From positions 4,832,001-4,896,000 of the forward strand of contig CBDFKD010000002.1 of the NCBI GenBank assembly GCA_965248695.1: 64,000 nt of DNA, given 5' to 3'. Of this stretch, positions 58,089 through 64,000 are shown piece after piece. Every line of letters begins with the position of its first letter. The stretch's first letter is position 1. This stretch comes from Acidobacteriota bacterium. GTDB taxonomy: Bacteria > Acidobacteriota > UBA890 > WLXD01. The notes below the pieces were generated by a model. The model worked only from the letters and a program-made list of their open reading frames with translations. It made no database searches and had not been told where the DNA came from. The translations under genes were made by a program, and so were the position numbers.

Positions 58089-59486
58089 GTGAGCGAGACG
58101 TCGCGGGGTGCGGGGCCTGACACTCGCAACGATGTCGGCGGCGGTGGACGCTACCTGTCACTCGGCCGATCGGATCGGGAATCGATGCTGGCGACGATCG
58201 GGATCGAGCACGTCGACGAGCTATTCGCCGATATTCCGACCAGCGTACGTTTCCAGGGAATGCTCGGTCTCGAGCCGGCGCTATCGGAGCTCGAGCTCGT
58301 CGAGCATCTCGAGGAGCTGGCGGCGGCCAACGCGCCGGATGGTCGGCTCCTGAGCTTCCTCGGCGCCGGTTGTAATCCGCACTTCGTTCCCACCCATGTC
58401 GACGCGTTGATCCAGCGCCAGGAATTCCTCACCGCCTATACGCCCTACCAGGCCGAGGTCGGGCAGGGCACCCTGCAAGCGATCTTCGAGTTCCAGAGTC
58501 TCGTCTGCCTGTTGACCGGCATGGACGTTTGCAACGCGTCGGTCTACGACGGCGCCAGCGCTGTTGCCGAGGCAGTGCTGATGGCGCGTCGACTAACGCG
58601 CCGAGGGGGCAGAGTTCTGCTGTCGGAAGGCGTACATCCGGCGTGCCGGGCGGTGGCCCGGACCTACGCCAGGTACCTTGACGACATCGAGTTCGAGGTG
58701 CTGCCGCTCGACGAGCAGGGCCGTACCGTCGTCAGCGACGTCGATGACGATGTGTTCGCCGTGGTGCTGCAGCAACCGAATTTCTTTGGCGTCGTCGAGG
58801 ACCTGCGGCGCGCTGGTGAGCGAGCTGCGGCGGGCGGCGCCAAGTTCGTCGTCAGTACCACCGAGCCGGTGGCATTTGGCTTGGCGATCCCGCCCGCACA
58901 AGCCGGGGCGGACCTTGTCGTCGGTGACCTGCAGAGCTTCGGCAACGGGATGAATTTCGGCGGACCGCTGGTGGGCTTCATGGCATGTCTCGATGCTGAC
59001 AAGCGCAATCTTCCCGGGCGGCTCGCTGGCCGTACCGTCGATGCCGATGGCAAGGAGGGGTATGTCCTCACCCTGTCGACTCGCGAACAGCACATCCGAC
59101 GTGCCCGCGCGACTTCCAACATCTGCACCAACGAGGCGCTCTGTGCGCTGGCCGCCTGCATCCACATGTGCAGCCTGGGGCGCCGCGGGATCACCGACCT
59201 GGCGCAGAACAACCTCGCCAAGGCGACATACGCGCGTGCCCAGCTGGCGGCTCGCGGTGTGCCGACGGTGTACGACGGTCCGCATTTCAACGAGATCGTC
59301 GTGCGCGTAGGCGGTGATGCGGTCGAGGTGGTCGATCGGTGCCTGGCACGCGACGTGATTCCGGGGGTGGCGCTAGGTCGCTTCGACGCCGGACGGGCGG
59401 ACCAGCTGCTCATCTGCGTGACGGAGGTGCACCGCAGGTCGGCGATCGATCGCCTGGCAGACGTCTTGGCCGAGGCGGTGGCATGA
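58089..59486 (+). CDS. gcvPA: Glycine dehydrogenase subunit 1
   Basis: FLGAG, EFLTAYTPYQAE, NASVYDG, GGP, TREQHIRRARATSNICTN. Confidence 0.96.
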   Translation: MSETSRGAGPDTRNDVGGGGRYLSLGRSDRESMLATIGIEHVDELFADIPTSVRFQGMLGLEPALSELELVEHLEELAAANAPDGRLLSFLGAGCNPHFVPTHVDALIQRQEFLTAYTPYQAEVGQGTLQAIFEFQSLVCLLTGMDVCNASVYDGASAVAEAVLMARRLTRRGGRVLLSEGVHPACRAVARTYARYLDDIEFEVLPLDEQGRTVVSDVDDDVFAVVLQQPNFFGVVEDLRRAGERAAAGGAKFVVSTTEPVAFGLAIPPAQAGADLVVGDLQSFGNGMNFGGPLVGFMACLDADKRNLPGRLAGRTVDADGKEGYVLTLSTREQHIRRARATSNICTNEALCALAACIHMCSLGRRGITDLAQNNLAKATYARAQLAARGVPTVYDGPHFNEIVVRVGGDAVEVVDRCLARDVIPGVALGRFDAGRADQLLICVTEVHRRSAIDRLADVLAEAVA

Positions 59487-61009
59487 ACGGCGACGCGACC
59501 GGTTACGACAGCCGGCAGGGGCAGCTCAAACAGGAGCCGCCGATATTCGAACGAGGTGGTGAGGGCCGGGTCGGCTATTCGCTGCCCGCGCTTGACGTAC
59601 CCCGGGTCGATGCGGCGGAAGCGTGGGGCGCGGATCTCGTGCGGGATGCGGTAGACGGGTTCCCCGAGGTTTCCGAGGTGGATGTCGTGCGACACTTCAC
59701 CCGCATCTCGCAGCACAACTACGGCATCGATCTGGGTCTGCACCCACTCGGGTCGTGCACGATGAAATACAACCCGAAGCTGCACGAGCGCGTCGCACGG
59801 CTGCGCGGCTTCGCGGCAGCGCACCCCTACATGCCAGAGGCCGCTTCGCAGGGTGCCCTGGAGCTCATGTGGCGCCTGGAGCGCATCCTTTCGGAGATTA
59901 CCGGACTGCCGCATGTCTCCATGCAGCCGGCAGCGGGCGCTCAGGGCGAGCTTACCGGGATCATGATGATCGCCGCGTACCACCAGAAGCGCGGCGAGGC
60001 GCGGCGCAAGGTACTCATTCCCGATTCGGCGCATGGCACCAACCCGGCCACGGCGAGCCTGTGCGGATTCGATCCCGTCGAGATCCCCAGCAACGAGCGC
60101 GGCACGATCGATCTGGAGGCGTTGCGAGCAGCAGTGGGCGAAGACACTGCGGCTCTGATGTTGACCAATCCGAACACCATGGGGCTGTTCGAGGATCGCA
60201 TCGACGAGATCGCCGACATCGTCCACGCCTCGGGCGGCCTGATCTACTGCGACGGGGCCAACCTGAATGCCATTCTCGGCAAGACGCGACCCGGAGACTT
60301 CGGCGCCGACGTGTTCCACATCAACATGCACAAGACGTTCACCACCCCACACGGTGGTGGCGGCCCGGGCTGTGGCCCGGTGGCGATGTCGGAGTGTCTC
60401 GAGCCCTACCGGCCGCGACCGGTGGTGGTGCGCAACGAAGACGGCAGCTATCGATTCGACGATGACCGCCCTGACAGCATGGGGAAGATCCACGGCTTCT
60501 ACGGCAACTTTGCGATGATGGTGCGCGGCTACGCCTACATCCGGGCGCACGGAGCAGCTGGCCTCCGTCAGATCGCCGAGGACGCCGTCCTCTCGGCCAA
60601 CTATCTGAAGGAGCGTCTCAAGGGGGAGTACGAGTTGCCTCAGGATCGCGCCTGCATGCACGAGGTGGTGTTCTCCGACCGGCGTCAAGAAGAGCACGGT
60701 GTGACCGCGATGGACATCTGCAAGCGGTTGATGGACTACGGCTTCCACCCGCCGACGGTCTATTTCCCGCTGGTGGTGCCCGGAGCGCTGATGATCGAGC
60801 CCACCGAGACGGTGTCCTCGCAAGAGCTCGACGGGTTCGCGGACGCCATGCTCTCGATTGCCCGAGAGGCGCGTGATGACGCGGAGCTGGTGAAGGGCGC
60901 TCCGCACACCACGTACCATCGACGGCTCGACGAAACGCGGGCCGCTCGACAACCCGTACTGCGCTGGAAGCCACAACCGGAGCCCGCGGACGAAAGCGAG
61001 TCGGCTTGA
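59483..61009 (+). CDS. gcvPB: Glycine dehydrogenase subunit 2
   Basis: PLGSCTMKYNP, SAHGTNPA, TNPNT, HKTFTTPHGGGGPG, MIEPTE; ATGA overlap. Confidence 0.96.
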   Translation: MNGDATGYDSRQGQLKQEPPIFERGGEGRVGYSLPALDVPRVDAAEAWGADLVRDAVDGFPEVSEVDVVRHFTRISQHNYGIDLGLHPLGSCTMKYNPKLHERVARLRGFAAAHPYMPEAASQGALELMWRLERILSEITGLPHVSMQPAAGAQGELTGIMMIAAYHQKRGEARRKVLIPDSAHGTNPATASLCGFDPVEIPSNERGTIDLEALRAAVGEDTAALMLTNPNTMGLFEDRIDEIADIVHASGGLIYCDGANLNAILGKTRPGDFGADVFHINMHKTFTTPHGGGGPGCGPVAMSECLEPYRPRPVVVRNEDGSYRFDDDRPDSMGKIHGFYGNFAMMVRGYAYIRAHGAAGLRQIAEDAVLSANYLKERLKGEYELPQDRACMHEVVFSDRRQEEHGVTAMDICKRLMDYGFHPPTVYFPLVVPGALMIEPTETVSSQELDGFADAMLSIAREARDDAELVKGAPHTTYHRRLDETRAARQPVLRWKPQPEPADESESA

Positions 61010-61013
61010 GCCG

Positions 61014-61715
61014 GTGAGCGGCCTGCGCACGATCGGCGTGCTGGGCGGTATGGGGCCTGCCGCCACAGCGTACTTCTTCCAACAGCTTGTTGACCGGGTC
61101 GGTGCCGGGTGCGATCAGGAGCATCCCCCATGTATGGTCTACAACGCAACGCAGGTGCCCGACCGCACCGCGCACCTAACGGGTAGCGGGGAAGATCCGA
61201 CCGCAGCACTACGGCAGGCGACCCAGACCCTCGAGCGCGCCGGCGCCGCCTTCATTGCGGTTCCGTGCAACTCGGCGCACGCTTATCTTCCCGCGATCCA
61301 GGATGCTGTCGACATCGAGGTGTTGGACATGATCGGGCTGACCGCTTCTCGTGCCGCGGCGACGCTACCGTCCGGCGGCTCTGTCGGTGTGCTGGCGGCC
61401 ACCGGGACAATCGAGTTGGGCTTGTACGATCGCGCCCTGCAAGCGCACGGTGTGAGCGCTGTGCGACCGCAGCCGCATACTCAGGTCGGTGTCATGGCAG
61501 CGATCCGCGCCGTCAAGAGCGGTGGGTCCGAGGCGCGGCAAAAGCTCGATCCGGCGATCGATGAGCTCGTCGGCAGCGGCGCCGAGCTCCTGGTTCTCGG
61601 GTGTACCGAACTACCCCTGGTGGATCTCGGGCAGCTGCAAGTGTCGGTGCTCGACGCCACCGAGGTTCTCCTGCTGGAGTCGCTGCGGCGTGCCGGCGTG
61701 ACGCTGCGAAGCTGA
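61014..61715 (+). CDS. PLP-independent amino-acid racemase (Asp/Glu racemase, RacX/YgeA-like)
   Basis: IGVLGGMGPAAT, PDRT, PCNSAH and LGCTELP catalytic cysteines. Confidence 0.92.
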   Translation: MSGLRTIGVLGGMGPAATAYFFQQLVDRVGAGCDQEHPPCMVYNATQVPDRTAHLTGSGEDPTAALRQATQTLERAGAAFIAVPCNSAHAYLPAIQDAVDIEVLDMIGLTASRAAATLPSGGSVGVLAATGTIELGLYDRALQAHGVSAVRPQPHTQVGVMAAIRAVKSGGSEARQKLDPAIDELVGSGAELLVLGCTELPLVDLGQLQVSVLDATEVLLLESLRRAGVTLRS

Positions 61716-61719
61716 GCCG

Positions 61720-62829
61720 ATGAGCGAGGCCCGCCGCGTCAGCGTTGAGCTCGATGGCGATCGTGCCTACGAAGTTGCCGTGGGCAGCGGATTGACCTCC
61801 ACTGCCGGCCAGCTTCTGCAAGCGACGGTCGAGCCTGGCGCCCTCGCGGTGGTGGTTGTCGACCAGGCGGTCGCAACCCTTCACGGCGATCGAATGCGGG
61901 CGGCGCTGACGGCAGCGCAGGTGCACTTCGTCGAGCTAGCGGTGCCGAGCGGTGAGAGCTCGAAGACACGTGAGGTAGCAGCGGCGTTGCAAGACGACGC
62001 CATCGACGCGGGCGCCGACCGGCGATCTGCAGTCCTGGCGTTCGGCGGCGGTGTCGTCGGTGATCTCGCCGGCTACGTTGCCGCGACGCTGTATCGGGGC
62101 ATCGCCTACGTTCAGGTGCCGACCACGCTCTTGGCCATGGTGGACAGCTCCGTCGGCGGTAAGACCGGCGTCGATACGGCGGCGGGCAAGAACCTGATCG
62201 GAGCATTCTGGCAGCCGCGCGCGGTGCTCGCCGACATCGACTTGTTACAGACTTTGCCGGACGTCGAGGTGCAAGCTGGTCTTGCCGAGGTGATCAAGTA
62301 CGGCGTGATCCTGGATGAACAGTTGTTCGTGGATCTCGAGGACGGGCTGTTGGAATCCTGCCTCGCGAAGGTTCCGGAAGCGCTGACGCTGGTTGTCGAG
62401 CGCTGTGTGCGCCTCAAGGCTGAGGTCGTAGTTGCAGATGAGAGGGAGGGCAACCGTCGTCAGATCCTGAACTTCGGTCACACCGTGGCGCACGGCGTGG
62501 AGTCGTCGCTGGATTACTCGCTGCGGCACGGTGAGGCCGTGGCCATCGGCATGGTGGCGGAAGCGAGGCTGGCAGAGAAGTTGCTCGGAGCCGCGGCCGG
62601 TCTTTCGGAGCGCATCGCTTCGCTGTGCGCGCGCACCCGGTTGCCCGTCGCGCTGCCGGCGGGGTGCTCGCCGGCAGATGTGCTCGCCGGGGCTCGCCAC
62701 GACAAGAAGTCCAGGGACGGCGTGCTCTACTGTGCGCTTGCCGAGGACATCGGGCGCATGGCTGAGCGCGATGGGCTCTGGGCCGTCGAGGTCAGCGATC
62801 GCGCCCTGCTCGACGCGCTGATTGGCTAG
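61720..62829 (+). CDS. aroB: 3-dehydroquinate synthase
   Basis: GESSK, GGGVVGDLAGY, PTTLLAMVDSSVGGKTG, KNLIGAF, LNFGHT, HGEAV. Confidence 0.96.
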   Translation: MSEARRVSVELDGDRAYEVAVGSGLTSTAGQLLQATVEPGALAVVVVDQAVATLHGDRMRAALTAAQVHFVELAVPSGESSKTREVAAALQDDAIDAGADRRSAVLAFGGGVVGDLAGYVAATLYRGIAYVQVPTTLLAMVDSSVGGKTGVDTAAGKNLIGAFWQPRAVLADIDLLQTLPDVEVQAGLAEVIKYGVILDEQLFVDLEDGLLESCLAKVPEALTLVVERCVRLKAEVVVADEREGNRRQILNFGHTVAHGVESSLDYSLRHGEAVAIGMVAEARLAEKLLGAAAGLSERIASLCARTRLPVALPAGCSPADVLAGARHDKKSRDGVLYCALAEDIGRMAERDGLWAVEVSDRALLDALIG

Positions 62830-62842
62830 AGCTATGTAGTAG

Positions 62843-63841
62843 CTACGGCTCTGTGGCCGAGGCGCGCGGCGGTCCGCCGGTCGGCAGCGCGCTGGCGTTG
62901 CGTAGTTGCTCGCGGAACCAGGGCAGAGTCAACTCGAGCCCGGCCTGTAGGTCTATCTCGGGCTCCCACCGGAGCTCACTGGTGGCGCGCGTGACGTCCG
63001 GTCGGCGCACCTTGGGATCGTCGATCGGCAGCTCGTCGAAGATGATGCGGCTGTCGGTGCCGCTCATCGCGATCACCAGCTCGGCGATCTCCAGAATCGT
63101 CACCTCGTTTGGGTTGCCGATATTCACTGGCGTGCTGATGTCGGAGCGCAGCAAGGTCAGCAAGCCGCGAACGGTGTCGTCGACGAAGCAGAAGGATCGC
63201 GTCTGCGCCCCGTCGCCGTACACGGTGAGGTCCTCCCCGGTAAGGGCCTGCATGATGAAGTTGGGCACGGCGCGACCATCGTCGACCCGCATCCTCGGGC
63301 CGTAAGTGTTGAAGATACGGGCGATGCGGGTATCGACTCCGTGGCTACGGTGGTAGGCCATCGTCATGGCCTCGGCGAATCGTTTGGCCTCGTCGTAGAC
63401 ACCCCGTGGCCCGATGGGATTTACATGTCCCCAGTAGGTTTCCGGCTGCGGGTTCACCTGCGGATCGCCGTAAACCTCAGACGTGGAGGCCAGCATGAAG
63501 CGAGCGCCTTTGTTGCGTGCCACGCCGAGGGCCTTGTGAGTTCCCAGCGCTCCGACCTTGAGGGTGTGGATCGGGTACTTGAGGTAGTCGGCCGGCGAGG
63601 CTGGCGAGGCGAAGTGCAGTACGTAGTCGAGCGGCTCATCGACGAAGACGTAGTTGGTGACGTCGTGCTCGATGAACAGGAAGTCGCGATTCGCGAAACG
63701 TGCCACGTTCGACGCCGAGCCGGTCAGCAGATTGTCCATGACGATCACACGGCAGCCTTCGTCCAGGAGGCTGGAGGCAAGGTGTGAGCCGATGAAACCG
63801 GCGCCGCCGGTAATCAATACGCTCTTCGCGCGATCAGTCAT
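62843..63841 (-). CDS. UDP-glucuronate decarboxylase (UXS)-family NAD-dependent SDR
   Basis: [54 protein letters not shown]. Confidence 0.93.
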   Translation of the reverse strand: MTDRAKSVLITGGAGFIGSHLASSLLDEGCRVIVMDNLLTGSASNVARFANRDFLFIEHDVTNYVFVDEPLDYVLHFASPASPADYLKYPIHTLKVGALGTHKALGVARNKGARFMLASTSEVYGDPQVNPQPETYWGHVNPIGPRGVYDEAKRFAEAMTMAYHRSHGVDTRIARIFNTYGPRMRVDDGRAVPNFIMQALTGEDLTVYGDGAQTRSFCFVDDTVRGLLTLLRSDISTPVNIGNPNEVTILEIAELVIAMSGTDSRIIFDELPIDDPKVRRPDVTRATSELRWEPEIDLQAGLELTLPWFREQLRNASALPTGGPPRASATEP

Positions 63842-63894
63842 CTAGTGTCCGGTAGGAGAGGTTCGTCGCACGTCGCCGGGTTGCAGGCCACTAG
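63842..63894. repeat. 53-bp internally deleted remnant of the CTAG-ended element
   Basis: Left 28 bp match the left TIR at 21/28; right end GTTGCAGGCCACTAG, whose CTA is the stop of the sugar-transferase gene. Confidence 0.8.
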
Positions 63895-64000
63895 TACGCG
63901 TGCTCGTGCGCCATGCCGTTGGCAACGGTCATCCACAGGATCTTGAGATCCAGCGACAGCGACCAATTCTCGATGTAGTACAGATCGTATTCGATGCGTT
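63891..64000 (-). CDS. C-terminus of an undecaprenyl-phosphate sugar-1-phosphate transferase (WcaJ/WbaP family; 5' part outside window)
   Basis: RIEYDLYYIENWSLSLDLKILWMT...AY*. Confidence 0.88.
   Translation of the reverse strand, partial: RIEYDLYYIENWSLSLDLKILWMTVANGMAHEHAY

Noticed and set aside
58664-61066. Long antisense ORFs (800 aa here; also 45993-47885, 34740-36398, 49467-51071, 3208-4656, 23280-24521)
   Set aside because: Shadows of well-conserved genes in a high-GC genome; no recognisable motifs.

Overview
High-GC, gene-dense chromosomal window, most likely from an Acidobacteriota genome (inferred from the aldolase + BMC-H + BMC-P-triplet microcompartment locus and the gene content). 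It is mostly housekeeping: a Nif3/GNAT/OSBS-NSAR cluster, manB-manC-DegT, glyQS, nth, metG, lolA-polyprenyl synthase, kdsB-pyrG-kdsA-kdsD-kdsC-lapB, coaE/folD, nrdR-tRNA nucleotidyltransferase-thiL-tgt-yajC-secDF-rel-ridA, pilMNOPQ plus two lipoproteins, pepP-accBC-thiE, an NSS transporter with a small subunit, aroA/K/B, proS, comEA-fimT, gcvTHP and the end of a sugar-nucleotide locus. The most unusual signal is non-coding. A 551-bp element (51272-51822) has 34-bp CTAG-ended terminal inverted repeats, no recognisable transposase, and an interior of four nested copies of one module that can fold into a multi-arm hairpin. About ten short relatives of its end (GYBRCAGGCCACTAG) lie in intergenic spaces, often fused to TAG stop codons and almost all in the same orientation. 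Other points: a minimal microcompartment with an encapsulation-peptide-tagged aldolase, three reading-frame lesions confined to pilN/pilP, a probable CC-adding-only nucleotidyltransferase, a ThiD-like pseudokinase and a LolA-adjacent lipoprotein. No rRNA, tRNA or CRISPR array was seen. All calls are by eye, without database searches, and several start codons are best estimates.
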